Below are positions 48,026-59,728 of a stretch of DNA of 64,000 nucleotides, piece after piece. A program made the translations under genes and the position numbers. Within the stretch, counting starts at the first letter, position 1. The number at the start of each line of letters is the position of its first letter. The stretch comes from Fistulifera solaris. Its lineage: Eukaryota. The stretch lies in contig AP026133.1 in the NCBI GenBank assembly GCA_030295235.1, forward strand, positions 558,001-622,000, read 5' to 3'. Under the pieces are notes generated by a model that worked only from the letters and a program-made list of their open reading frames with translations, was not told the DNA's origin and made no database searches.

Positions 48026-49124
48026 ATGGCGATGACGACAAGATTATACACTCTTCTCGTCGTGTCACTCGGCATGGTCGAACCTCTGAATGCATGGCTA
48101 TCCAATGGGCCTTTACGGTTGTCATCGTCGTCGTTGTCGTCGGGCGTCATAAAAAGGACTTTTTGTACACAGCAAAGGCTACACACTAAGAAGAAGAAAA
48201 AACGAAGGAGAGGATGAGGAAGAGGATGACTCGGTGAATAGCAAGTCGGGAGTGGGCATGGAACGAGCGTTTCAGCAGTTGGAACAATTATCATTTTGCC
48301 GAACGACGACGACAACAACAACAACAACAATCGTTTAGACAACAAAAATGGTACAAAAATACAAGCATCAACGGAGGATTTACATCTGACGTCTACTTCC
48401 ACTCCGACACCCGAGCAAGAAGTATTGTTGTACAGAATATGGTGCAAGAATTGGAACAAACTACCGAAGAAGATTTGTATTCCAATGTCTTGCAGGACAT
48501 GGGCGGTGGTAGCGGTGCTTCCCTGAGTGTTAGTGCAACAGAGCAGGGAAAAACAGCCGATATTCCCAAGCCCACCACCAGCGCCGATTTTTGAATCAAG
48601 CGCTATCGGAGGCACTGCAACAAGTACAAGTCAATACGCCCAGTGCCGTCGATTCCATTCTCGATGACCCTGAATTAATGAATGAAATTGAAGCCATCTT
48701 TGAACGAGGCAATGCAAAGTTGTTGGAAGGCTTGGAAGCGGTCCGACGCGAACAGGAACAACTCACGAAAGCTAGTATAGCAGCCCAGCAACAAACGAAA
48801 GAAGAGGACGCTGAGACCCAGGCCCGACTGGACGCAGCGGAACGGTCGATGCAAAGCATGTTACAACGTGTGAATCAAGAACGGTCGAATGTTGAACAGG
48901 CTGTGCAAGACTTACAACGTGCCCAAGAACAAGAAGAAAACGTTCTTTTGAAATTAAAACAGAATCCACTGAAACAAGGTGCCTTAATTGGTTTCTTGTT
49001 GTTTTCGTTCCGGTCTTTGACGGACTCCTTTGCCGTTTTAAATGATCCTTCCCAAGATTGGGCGATGGCATTAGTGCAAGGTGCGATTGCGTTGGCCTGT
49101 GCGGCCGTCTTTTATTTGTTGTAA
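48026..49124 (+). CDS. Hypothetical plastid-type coiled-coil protein with two C-terminal TM helices (several frameshifts)
   Basis: Signal peptide ending LNA-W. Acidic and coiled-coil segments are split across A- and T-runs. The ORF 48591-49124 ends in two hydrophobic helices. Confidence 0.6.
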
Positions 49125-49290
49125 TACGAGATAGAAAAGGATACCGCAATTCGAGACTAAGGACAGGAACACAAGAAGCAAAGCAGCTATAAATACAACC
49201 AGTTGTGTTATTTCTAATGCTTTAAGCCTCACATCGACGATGCGGTCTATTCTTTTTATAGCATCCTTTCAGTGAGTATTAAGCCATCAC

Positions 49291-49705
49291 TTACTTGTTG
49301 AAGGTCGAATCTCTGCCGAACGCAATTTCGTCTAATCCTTGTCCACTACGCTCATAGATACCTCCTCTTTCAATAAAGTTAGGACATGGTCGATACGCTT
49401 TGATGGGCCACCATGGTAGAACAACCGCAATGCCTCCCAATATTCTACAGCAAAGAATACAAGGTAAGTCGACAAAATCATGACTTCAGGCTAGAAATCG
49501 GATAATTCTATGCAGCGACGCACCTTCCACTTCCATCGCACATATCACACTCCGGGCACTTGACCGGTAGAGGAGTTTTTTCGGCTTGTGTTTCAGGCTC
49601 AGCGCTGAAGGGGTTCATTGCGAGGCGGTGATGGACGGCCAAGGGCGTAAAGGCCGGGACCTGTAGTGACAGAATAGCCAGGAGAATACAAATCAAGGAT
49701 CGCAT
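49291..49705 (-). CDS. Small plastid-type protein with DnaJ-like Cys motif; intron 49523-49445
   Basis: Presequence ends VPA-F. Spliced product CDMCDGSGRILGGIAVVLPWWPIKAYRPCPNF...YERSGQGLDEIAFG. Confidence 0.75.
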
Positions 49706-50250
49706 TCTTCTTTTTTACGGAGGCTTTTAAGCAATAAGAAAAGGTACGAGAGCTATGCTGCCTATTATACTCAATCGTTTTTCCTTTTCAGGTTTGTACT
49801 TGTATTATTTGTCATGGTCGCTTTGTTTTTCTTCAACCAAAAGCTTTCATATACTTTGTACCGTTCCGACAGATCCCCACGTACACACTTTCCACGCTTT
49901 TCAGTCCCTAATGATGATGACTAAATGCTTGGGTCCACGTGGAGTTAAGAAATGATAAGCGCAGCGGTACTAAGAGTTCTAACAAAGAGGAGGATCCCCT
50001 GACAACGTGTAAAGCTACGGTTGACGCGCATTTTTCCTGGACTTCAATGCGTCCGCCGTTCAAACGCAAGGTTTCAAGCATAGATCACAACAACGGAGGG
50101 AAACAACAAAGAAGCGGCTACGAATATATCTTCCTAGTCTCTCTGTTGTTATTTGAAAGAATATACTGAGCTACTTGTTGGGGGCTTGCTGTAAATTGAA
50201 AGATAGAGTAAAAAGAGAATCCTAGTTCTCTCAGCTCGAATATTCACTGG

Positions 50251-51725
50251 ATGCATCTAAAGCTAATTTCCATCCTGTGGCTCTTTTCTTCGGCATTCGG
50301 ATCGAACAATCCAACGAGTTATCAAGCTCTCGGAAGTGCTCGTTCTCGTTCTCGATCAAATAGCCCCGTTCCTAGAATTGAATTGGCGACGCGTGGTGGA
50401 TTCTCCGATCTGTACGTTTCGTGTTTCTTGGCGTTTTCAAAAGAAAATAATTGACAATTTATAGCATGGCTGTGACTGTTGGTTTCGACACTCAAGGTCA
50501 CGATGCACACCGAGTGTCTTTTTTGTTTGTATGGATGCAGCTTTCATTCAGTCACTCCGTTTACTTTACTCAATTCTCATCCTGTCCCTTTTTTTCTCCA
50601 GTGAAACGGCGCATTCTCAAGAAGAAGACAAGTCGGTCGCATCCATTGAACTCAATAATACCGAGCCCACTCTAACCGATCCACTTGTGGTCCCTCCTCC
50701 TCCCCCCTGTAGTAGTTTCCTCGACGCCTCCTCGTAAGTTTGGTCCCTTTACCATGCCATCGACTGCCGCTATGCCCGATGCCGTCAAGCTCTTGATTGG
50801 AGCAGGTGGTATTTATGCGGCTTTCCTTTACTACGGATCACTTCAAGAAGACGTTTTTCGTTACACCGCCGCAGATGGAACTTCCTTCAAACAAGCTTGG
50901 TTCCTTCAAGTTCTGGAAGCACTCGCGAACGTGATCGTCGGCTTTATCGGTATGCAAATTGCCGGTGCGACGCAAGGAATTCCGCTGACCATGTTTGCTA
51001 TTTCTGGTGCAGCGCAAGTATCGGCGAAAGCATGCACTAGTTTGGCCTTGGCGAATGGCTTGAGTTTCCCCGTTGCTACCTTGGCGAAATCCGGAAAAAT
51101 GGCACCCGTCATGGCCGGGTCCTTGCTTTTGGGTGGTGCCACGTACGAATTGCGAGAATACTTGCAGGTAGCCTCCATCATTCTTGGTACGGCTATCGTC
51201 AGTATGGGAAAGAAGAAGGGTGACGGACCGGGTAGTTCTGCCATGGGTGTCTTTTACATTCTCCTGTCGTTGGCGTTGGACGGTGTCACGGCTGGATTCC
51301 AGAAACGATTGAAAGTCGAGACGTCCAAAGTCGGTGTCAAACCCAAGCCGTACGATTTCATGTACTGGACCAACTTGTTCATGCTCGGCACTGCTGCTGT
51401 CATTGCCTTGGTACTTGGTGAATTGAATACCGGATTGGCGTTCTGTCTCGGCAATCCCGAAATCTTGTCCAATATCATCAAATTTGCTATTTGCAGTGCC
51501 GTCGGACAGTCTTTCATCTTTTACACGATTGCTAGCTTTGATCCGTTAGTGCTGTCTACAGTGACGACGACGCGTAAGATCTTTTCGGTCTTGTTGAGTA
51601 TCTTCTTGAAAGGCCATCAGTTGTCCTTGGTGGGGTGGTCGGGTCTGTCAATGGCGTGCGCCGGTATTCTTTCGGAACTGCAACATAAGTCGCCCAAGAA
51701 AGAAAAGCACGAGCACAAGAATTAA
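50251..51725 (+). CDS. UAA-family nucleotide-sugar/ATP transporter (SLC35B1-like); intron 50412-50601, frameshift ~50705
   Basis: YGSLQE, LSFPVATLAKSGKMAPVM, SLALDGVTAGFQ, GQSFIFYTI and VTTTRKIFSVLLS. Confidence 0.88.
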
Positions 51726-51848
51726 TTATGCGATGGATGCCTCCTGTAGTCTGCGTCTTTCGAAAAATGATATAAGTAATGGAAAGAATTGGCATTTGAC
51801 GTCTAATGTAATTCGTATTGCTAGTACATCGAGTGACTAATGATTATT

Positions 51849-53324
51849 TTACATCGGCATCATACCGTCTCGTCGTTCCTCGGAAGACACACGATCCAAA
51901 AGTGCATTCACTCGTTTCTTCACCGTTTCAATTTGCCGAGCCGTGCCTTGAATCAGCAACACCTTGCGCAGCTGATCGACGTGCATTTTGGTGCCCGTCG
52001 CTCGTTGCATACTAATAATGGTTTGACCCCTACGCCCAATCACAATACCAACATGATTGCCCAACTCAATTTCGGCATCCAGCACTTCCACTCCCTCTGT
52101 TCCCTTGCGATCGTCCGTACCCAATCCTTGAGAACTACCTAATCGATTGCGTGCCCAAAATTTTGTTTGTCGATCGTTGCTCCCCGTGGCAAGCATATGA
52201 CCAGCTGGATGCCATTGCAGATCCCAAATGGCCATATCATGTGCAAAAGGTACTTTGGCCGCCGGTTCTTCAGAACCCTTTGCTCCTACATTCCAGAACA
52301 AGAGCGTCCCGTCCATTCCACCCGACGCAAATACGGTTTGATTCAGTGGATGCCAAGCGAGACTGGTGACTTCTTTGTTGTGACCTTTTAACGATGAAAT
52401 CTCCTTCATGGCACGAATATCGTACAATTTGATGACTTGATCACGCGATGCCGTGAGCAACCAGTTGCCGTTGTCATTCCATGCGACTTTCGTCACCGTG
52501 TTGCGATGACCGTAGAGAGTGCTCAAGCAATTCCCGGCACGGGGGTCCCACAGTTTGACTAAATTGTCTTTCGATCCAGTGGCAATGACGGAAGAACGGG
52601 GATGCCAATGAGCGCTTTTGACATCCCAGCCGTGACCTTCCATGACTCGTTCTTCGGTGTGTGTGGCCCAATCCCATACGCGGACGGTGGCATCATCCCC
52701 GCAACTGACAAACTTGGTATCGGCCGGTGAGAACGAAAGGGAGTGAATGGCTTGATTGTTGTGCGAGTCGATAGACTGTACAGGCGCGATACTGGGACTC
52801 CAGTATTTGATATTTCCCGCTCCGTCGGAGGTTAATAAATAGTTCTTGTTGTGACTCCAAGCCATCGACCGGAATGTTGTATCGTGCGCACTCATGATGA
52901 GCTCGAAACTAAAATGGATACCATCCCACAATGTGAATTCTCCTTCTTGATTTCCCGTGAGCAATCTTCGTCCTCCCGGTGTCCAGCTCAAACACAAAAT
53001 GGGTGTCGAATTCTTCGCGCGCGTGACATGAGCACAATACGTGAGATACAATTCCGAGGGAATGGGAGCGGCGACGTTCGAAATCGGTAATCCCATGCGT
53101 CGCAAGCAACTGGAATGCGGCTGCAGATACTCTGCCGAGTGACGCGTGTGATGACTGCGACATGCCTTGCGGAACAAGCGATTTTGCAAATCGATCACCG
53201 CCGGTGTATGAAAGTCGACGCATCGGCGAATTAAGTTGCGTTCGGCGGCTTCTTGCTCGGCGTCGTCGGCGGAAAGTCCACCAGGTCCCGGGCCTCCCGC
53301 ATTCGAAACTTTGGGAAGGGACAT
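51849..53324 (-). CDS. WDR33: Polyadenylation factor WDR33/Pfs2/FY with C-terminal KH domain
   Basis: [36 protein letters not shown] and [17 protein letters not shown], then [27 protein letters not shown]. Confidence 0.92.
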   Translation of the reverse strand: MSLPKVSNAGGPGPGGLSADDAEQEAAERNLIRRCVDFHTPAVIDLQNRLFRKACRSHHTRHSAEYLQPHSSCLRRMGLPISNVAAPIPSELYLTYCAHVTRAKNSTPILCLSWTPGGRRLLTGNQEGEFTLWDGIHFSFELIMSAHDTTFRSMAWSHNKNYLLTSDGAGNIKYWSPSIAPVQSIDSHNNQAIHSLSFSPADTKFVSCGDDATVRVWDWATHTEERVMEGHGWDVKSAHWHPRSSVIATGSKDNLVKLWDPRAGNCLSTLYGHRNTVTKVAWNDNGNWLLTASRDQVIKLYDIRAMKEISSLKGHNKEVTSLAWHPLNQTVFASGGMDGTLLFWNVGAKGSEEPAAKVPFAHDMAIWDLQWHPAGHMLATGSNDRQTKFWARNRLGSSQGLGTDDRKGTEGVEVLDAEIELGNHVGIVIGRRGQTIISMQRATGTKMHVDQLRKVLLIQGTARQIETVKKRVNALLDRVSSEERRDGMMPM

Positions 53325-53557
53325 TGCTACTCTGTACTCCGTATCTGAATGGATAAGCTAATATGTTTCAATGAAAGGAATGGACCTTGTATACACAAAA
53401 AAATCTATTAAAAATATTGCTTGCAGCGGACGACGATACGGATGGAAAAATTCGGCCCGATTTTCTGTGTACCTAAAAACACCACTCTCCCAGAGATTCT
53501 GGTAACGTGAAAACTCAAAAACCGCAGATTTTCTGAGTACGGGATGACACTCCACAT

Positions 53558-53664
53558 CATGATCTGATGATGAAGATGATGATCGATAATCAATGAAGCG
53601 ATGAACGATGAATGATAATATTGATGAATGTCATCCAAGATATTTCTGTCGATGCTAAAGAAAA
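53558..53664 (+). repeat. ~105-bp direct repeat, copy 1
   Basis: catgatctgatgatgaagatgatgat...agcgatgaacgatgaatgat.atattgatga...tttctgtcga.gctaaag, repeated at 54221. Confidence 0.8.
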
Positions 53665-53732
53665 TATTTTCATCGGAATAATTCTAATTTGAGCTCAAAC
53701 TAAGTTTGGATTGCTGTATGCGGAAATTTCGG

Positions 53733-53787
53733 GATTCATGACTGAAATGCAGTCGTTGAAATAGGTCGCCTACACTTTGGGTCTATT
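53733..53787 (+). repeat. Dispersed ~55-bp intergenic element, copy C
   Basis: GATTCATGACTGAAATGCAGTCGTTGAAATAGGTCGCCTACACTTTGGGTCTATT. Confidence 0.75.
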
Positions 53788-54220
53788 GTAAATACGGAAT
53801 CAAACATTTTCGAAGGATTTCCGACCTATTGTCTCTAGGTCTACTAATGATGGAGTCTATTTATAAAAATGAATAACGTTGAAGGTATTTGCACCCTATT
53901 TAAGGCAATGATTGTCGACTTAACTCGAGCACACGGCGCACATGAGGGTCCTTATTCATATGGCAACCTTTCTAGTAGGATTTGGTTTGCATATTTTTTC
54001 GCTCTAAGCAAGTACTAGGGTTGCATTGCAAGAAGTTTATTTCCGGAGATATTTCCATAAAGTTATTAATGCGTCTCCTTAATAGAGCCGGTTCTACTAT
54101 CCTTACTTTCTTACGAATTCGAACTTTTCGCCGAGATCCCTCCTTTGAAAATCTGTGCGCTCTCGAGCCGCCGCAGCCCCAGCGATTCCAGCCAAGAAAG
54201 CTGGACTAATTGCGGTCTGT

Positions 54221-54328
54221 CATGATCTGATGATGAAGATGATGATTGATAATAAACAAAGCGATGAACGATGAATGATGATATTGATGACTTTTATTCA
54301 TAGATTTTTCTGTCGACGCTAAAGGAAA
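54221..54328 (+). repeat. ~105-bp direct repeat, copy 2
   Basis: Near-identical to 53558-53664. Confidence 0.8.
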
Positions 54329-54561
54329 GGCACATCAAGATTTCTCTAGATACTATGATCATCATGTTAAAACGAGTTTCTAAGGAACCTAAACCTACTT
54401 ATGATCGCAAAGGTCCCGTGCCTTCTTTTTGCCGTCTCTCATTTTCTCGAGAAAGGCGAGTCTCGTGATCATCGAACAACGAAGGGTGTGATTTTACATC
54501 ATCTCGTCGTTTCCAAAGTCTCGTCTCGTTCTATCCTTGCCCGAACGGTTCATGGAGAAAT

Positions 54562-55521
54562 AATGAACGGTTGGTCACTTTTACAAGTGTTCTGCGAGAA
54601 AACCGGTGGCTTTTGTCGAAAGACGATTCGCCAATCGGCTACATTGGGGTTCGATCATGTTGACTGGAAAAGTCTATCGATTCATATGATTGCGGAGAAC
54701 ACGTGGTACCGCGAATTGCTTCCGTGGATTGCGGAGCACTATCCGTGGGTCGTTGAGCATGCATATTGTCAAGAGAGACCACCTCATCTGGAAATGTTAA
54801 AAACTATGTCCACGGTGAATGCGATTTGGAAACTGTAAAACGCTTTTAGGAATTATACCCTCAAGGCCTACGGGAGGAAGAACTATTCATGTCATTTGGC
54901 TATTAACCTCGATTCGTACGTTTGAAGGGAGGATTTGAACCCGAGGCGGAAACCTATATTTGGATTGCGTAACAATATTCCGAAAATAGGCCGATTCCTC
55001 ATCTGCGAACATGGTGATTTAAGTCGCCAGAAAGTAGATGATAAAGGAATTTTGCCAATTCACATGGTAGCGCGCCATTGCAACCGACTTCTGGTGCAGA
55101 AAATGATTCCTCTTATGATGAAAGCTTGTCCCGAGTGTGTTCTTGGAGAGACTGGCACATTACATCTAGAGCACCATTTATTAAAAAAATACACCCATCC
55201 ATTATCGACGATCTGGAAACCGATGAAGAAAAAAACTATGATCCCAAGTACCGCAAGATATGGCAAACGCGGCAACGCCATGTATCAGTGCAGCCCTACA
55301 TTCTCAACTCTCCTTGGGCCCTTGCGGAAGTCTTTTGCTTTTGGGCCCACTTACAGATAACCGATGTCTCACCAGCACGGTAGCAAACTATCCAGGGGCA
55401 CATAGCGAATACGTGTCGTGTTTTTGAAGGAGAAAACGTTCTTGACGAAGCACATCTGGAGGATTCTTACGACGGGAGCCACGAAAATTTGTATGAATCC
55501 GACAGCGATGAAGACTGTATA
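54562..55521 (+). pseudogene. Degenerate ankyrin-like repeat gene
   Basis: Broken frames contain DDKGILPIHMVARHC, MMKACPECV and YPQGLREE. Stops and shifts are far denser than in neighbouring genes. Confidence 0.5.
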
Positions 55522-55691
55522 GCGCGGATATTTTGAGCCATGAACATTCGTGTTTTAGTATTTCAACGTAATTGTGATGCACATTCGTTTCTACTGAATT
55601 TAAGCTATTGTTGATATGCGTATCGATGTATGGACAATCGATTACCCTCCGCCAAGCCAGAAAATGAGTCTGCTACGTAGTTTCGGAAGTA

Positions 55692-57200
55692 TTACGGATT
55701 GGCGAGTAGATCGTTCTCGGCGCGCTTCTTGATGGTATTCAATTGCCCCAATAGTGTATTCGCTTTCACGAAGCTACTTTCCGATTTTGATGCCAATTGC
55801 CGTTGCTTATTGTTTGCAGTATGATAAATCAACGACCTAGAAAAACCTTCCGTGTCCAAAGAAATGATTCGTTGCATATTACAAGCATGCCGTACAGTCG
55901 ACAGCTGCATGCCTCCACTGTACCATTCTACATTGCGCATGTCCAGACCATCAAATCGGTAGTGAGGTGCTTCGTACGGGGGCAAGAATCCGCCCGCACA
56001 AATATCCGTATGCCATCGCCACAGCTGATCACGTGTCGCCATCCAGCCTCCTTGGTTGTTGATGTACTTGTATTCCAATGGCTTGGGTCGCTTCGCCTTG
56101 GGCCAGTAATCGTCGTTCCGATTACTCCAGTAATCCCCAATGACATCGCTGATATTCAAATTGTTCTGCGCCGGACCACGCTGTGTTAGAACCCAATGCA
56201 GCCAACTATCATCCGGCATTTTGCGGACCCCAAGTGGGAAGATATTGGTTTCCCACAGCATAAGTTGATCGGCCGTAGGCGACTCGGGAATGTGTGCGCT
56301 GGTCGTTTCTTTATGAACATGACAGCAGATTGTCGGATCGACCTGTTGCCGGCCTTCAGTGAACTGCAAATCCAAAGGGACCGGTCCGGTATCGGTTTGA
56401 GCGGGATAATTTTGTTCATCGAGTAGAACTTCGACACGAATGAATCCAGGAATAGTACGACGCAGCTGTCCTTTGGTCATGACACCGTGATAATTTTGTA
56501 TAGCATCTGTATGCGACACAATATAGGAAGGTGGATCTTCCGGAGCTTGCTCGTAAAGTCTTTCTAACTCGTCAGTGACTCGAATAAAATGATGGACATG
56601 TTCCGCTGTGATGAGCATATCATCTTCAAAATTGACAAAGACGTCGTAGTCCAGCAATTTGTCCTTGATGACAAAACGATGTTGCCGCGCCAAATGTAGA
56701 ATATCGTATCGTAATTTGGTAAACGGATTCTGTGCTGTATCGTACGCGAAAGGAGCCGCATCGTTCCACACTTCCAATCCGACCGAGTCGGGTAGTGCTC
56801 GACGAACCAAAGCTTCTCGTTCGGGCAGCAATGTGAAGTGGCAAATAAGATACAAATCTACATCATATCCAGCATCTACCATGGTCCGTATTCCTTCCGA
56901 AACGACCGGAATCAGTGTCAATTGCAGTCGATCGGATCCTTTTTCGGTATTCCGTGTTCCCGAGTTGTATTCATTCAAAGCAGTGACAATGTACAATATT
57001 TTCTTTCTCTGGGGCTGTTTGGCCGATTTACTCTGTAATTTCCTTCTTCCTGGGAAAGCAAATCGTCCTGGGACGGTAATTGTGGATTGTGATACGAAAA
57101 GAGCAACGATGAGGCCGATCATGGCGATCATGGTAGCAAGTCGCATCGGAGCTCGTCGACCTTTCATCGACTTGGAATGAACCCAGTTGCCTCCTTGCAT
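55692..57200 (-). CDS. Type II membrane protein, putative GT-A glycosyltransferase
   Basis: 502-aa intact ORF with one N-terminal TM helix. LARQHRFVIKD...YDVFVNFEDDM (DxD-like), NNQGGWMAT and IYHTANNKQ. Confidence 0.65.
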   Translation of the reverse strand: MQGGNWVHSKSMKGRRAPMRLATMIAMIGLIVALFVSQSTITVPGRFAFPGRRKLQSKSAKQPQRKKILYIVTALNEYNSGTRNTEKGSDRLQLTLIPVVSEGIRTMVDAGYDVDLYLICHFTLLPEREALVRRALPDSVGLEVWNDAAPFAYDTAQNPFTKLRYDILHLARQHRFVIKDKLLDYDVFVNFEDDMLITAEHVHHFIRVTDELERLYEQAPEDPPSYIVSHTDAIQNYHGVMTKGQLRRTIPGFIRVEVLLDEQNYPAQTDTGPVPLDLQFTEGRQQVDPTICCHVHKETTSAHIPESPTADQLMLWETNIFPLGVRKMPDDSWLHWVLTQRGPAQNNLNISDVIGDYWSNRNDDYWPKAKRPKPLEYKYINNQGGWMATRDQLWRWHTDICAGGFLPPYEAPHYRFDGLDMRNVEWYSGGMQLSTVRHACNMQRIISLDTEGFSRSLIYHTANNKQRQLASKSESSFVKANTLLGQLNTIKKRAENDLLANP

Positions 57201-57373
57201 TGTTGTCGTTAATTTTGTCTCTGTGAATCAAAGACACTGTACAAGATGAGGTAGATGGTTTCATTTGTTTTTAGTATTGTGACCTTGGTTGCTTGGCCAA
57301 AAGGCTCTTCGTCGTTTTTTATTTTCTGTTTCCGTCATGCGATGGCGCGGTCATTATTTATTTCTGCGAGAAA

Positions 57374-57435
57374 TGACTCATGACTCATGACAGACTGATA
57401 ATGTTCAGTCGTGACAAGACAACACTTTGGGACTA
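57374..57435 (+). repeat. Dispersed intergenic element, diverged copy D, with tandem TGACTCA
   Basis: TGACTCATGACTCATGAC...CAGTCGTGACAAGACAACACTTTGGGACTA. Confidence 0.6.
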
Positions 57436-57640
57436 CAATACATGGAGCGGTATAGAAACCTTAACCCAAAATACTGCTTATGGCATGGTGAGACAACATG
57501 AATGAGAGAATTCGATGAACGCGATGTCGACACGATATCTTTTATTCGCTGCAGCACGCAATCGCGACCATGACACACATGATTTCAAACGTCAGTGTTT
57601 ACATTCATCTTTATTATGCCTTTACTATACAAGTAACTAG

Positions 57641-58495
57641 ATGAACATGGATATCGCTTGTATTATCTCCGCCGTACTCTTCTGGATCAGCGGCGGCTTT
57701 CGCGCCGCGCAAATGATGCAATGGAGAAGGCAACCCAATTTCAATTACATCATGTGGACGGATTTCGATGCGGAGTACCTCATACAGCAATGGGACTTTC
57801 GTATCGATCACCGTTCCTTCGAAATGGCGACAGGAATGATCAACGCAATTGCATGGTTTACCTTTGCTATTCCCATGCTCCATGTCGTTTGGTTGCAGTC
57901 GCTCAAAGGAAGACGCATAATCAGTATTCATGTCGCCATTGCGTTGATGGCGATTGGGGGCGCTGTGACGGAATTATTGGCGCGTTTGTTTTATATTGGC
58001 AGCACGTCGACGATGGAATGGATGGTCAAGGATTTTCAGCTCGAAAATTGGACCGAGAGTGCAGAAGGCGATCATTTGGGTTGGAAATCACTCGAAGTCA
58101 CGCATTTGGCCATCATGGGAGTCTTAACTTGGATTGACGCTCTCGAATATTTGTTTCTTTCCTTTATCTTTGCTTTCTTATTTGTTTCAGTCTGGCGTAA
58201 ATCGGAACGTTTGTTAGATGTCAAGTGGGCGAGGTTTGGAATGGTGCTCTCGGCACTTTCCTTGATTGATTTTGCTGCGGATCTCATGCGTTACCAGAAT
58301 TGGAGAAAGTATTCGCGCATTACTTTTGTGATCTCAGCTTTGAATCGTCTGGTTCTTTTTCCTGTTTGGCTTCTTTGGTTGGCAATTCAAATCCCCAAGG
58401 CCGAAGCGATTCTGGGAGAAGCATCGCAGCCAACGGAGGAAACGAAGAAGTTTTCTAGTAATCTGAACGACGACAGCAGCCATGTTGTTTCGTAA
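57641..58495 (+). CDS. Hypothetical polytopic membrane protein (~6 TM)
   Basis: 284-aa intact ORF with alternating hydrophobic helices. Confidence 0.7.
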   Translation: MNMDIACIISAVLFWISGGFRAAQMMQWRRQPNFNYIMWTDFDAEYLIQQWDFRIDHRSFEMATGMINAIAWFTFAIPMLHVVWLQSLKGRRIISIHVAIALMAIGGAVTELLARLFYIGSTSTMEWMVKDFQLENWTESAEGDHLGWKSLEVTHLAIMGVLTWIDALEYLFLSFIFAFLFVSVWRKSERLLDVKWARFGMVLSALSLIDFAADLMRYQNWRKYSRITFVISALNRLVLFPVWLLWLAIQIPKAEAILGEASQPTEETKKFSSNLNDDSSHVVS

Positions 58496-59086
58496 TCTCG
58501 CGATGCCGAGTTAATCCGTAGATTCTTAAATTCATGTAAATATAGTCTTTTGCAAATTCTTCATCGTAACAATGAACATCTTTCTTCCAATCCAACAGGC
58601 CAGCACTGCGGAAAAGACGTGATTTATAGCAGTAACTAGTCGAATCATGAACTATCATATTGCAACTGGCTTTAAAGAGAAAAGTAATGAATATTGGTAC
58701 TCGTGTGATACTTTAGGTCCAAGCTAAATTGCACTCTAGTTTTCGCAACGGTCTAGACCGAACGGTACTCAAAAGATACGCTCGTGGGCTCGTCGGGGAG
58801 ACGTTTTTGTCAAGCGATTAACAAGAAGCGAAAGTGCGAGACGACAATAAATTATTGAGGTAAATGTGTCATCACAAAATATCTTATCTTTTTAGCACAA
58901 CTTGATTCCTGGTATTTTAAAAGAGTCTTGGGCGTTGTGTTGTGCGTACTCATTTCTACTTTGACGTTCCTGGCTTTCTATTCTCTAACGAAATTGCTAT
59001 CATCCCCCGTCAGGTTAACCAAGACTGCTTTGATATCTGCGGCGCCATTTTCTTGCAAACGTAATCTGCGTTACTACTGATATACG

Positions 59087-59728
59087 ATGAGCTCAGCATT
59101 ATCGCTTCCGCCGTATCGAGTCTTTGCTTTTGGAGATTCGTTGACGGCAGGAACATCGGGGTACGAACTTCACCCGTACGCTCCGTACCTTGAAACTTCT
59201 ATCAATGCCAATGATAAATTGAATGGAAGGGAAGTAATTGTTCAACATCTAGGTTTACCAGGCTGGACCGCGAAAAGAATGCTGAACAATATAGACAGCG
59301 GACGGGCTGGCCTACGTGCCGCCATCCGGAACATTCAAAACCCTTCACCATCTTTGGTCATCATTCTAGTGGGAACAAACGATCTGGGCAATAAATTCAA
59401 AGAACGCGAAATTACAGAAAATATATTAAAACTTCATCAAGTATGCTATGACGAAGGTGTGCCCCGAACGATAGCTATCGGAATTCCTCCTTCCCGTTAC
59501 CAGAGCGAGGATGCTGATGCTGCCCTATTGGCAAAGTCGATCAACTCCAACATAGAGAAATTCTGTCGTGAAAATCCGGAGAGATCTACATTTCATCCCT
59601 TTCCTTTTCCTTTTGAACTGGATGGCGAAAACTGGGATGAAGATACTCTCCACTTTTCTCGCATAGGCTATCAAACCTTAGGAGAGAGTTTGGTGAATGT
59701 TGTGATGGAATTACTCAATGCTACATAA
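59087..59728 (+). CDS. GDSL/SGNH esterase, tandem copy A (no N-terminal anchor)
   Basis: FGDSLTAG, GLPG, GTND and DTLH. Confidence 0.88.
   Translation: MSSALSLPPYRVFAFGDSLTAGTSGYELHPYAPYLETSINANDKLNGREVIVQHLGLPGWTAKRMLNNIDSGRAGLRAAIRNIQNPSPSLVIILVGTNDLGNKFKEREITENILKLHQVCYDEGVPRTIAIGIPPSRYQSEDADAALLAKSINSNIEKFCRENPERSTFHPFPFPFELDGENWDEDTLHFSRIGYQTLGESLVNVVMELLNAT

Noticed and set aside
48302..48331. (GAC)n(AAC)n microsatellite
   Set aside because: A short low-complexity tract inside a coding region, with no independent significance.
47956..48615. 219-aa minus-strand ORF
   Set aside because: Antisense to the frameshifted + strand gene. Its poly-Leu and poly-Phe runs mirror the repeats of that gene.
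47384..57435. Repeats considered as a CRISPR array
   Set aside because: Copies are kilobases apart, degenerate and without regular spacers. No cas genes, and the DNA is eukaryotic.
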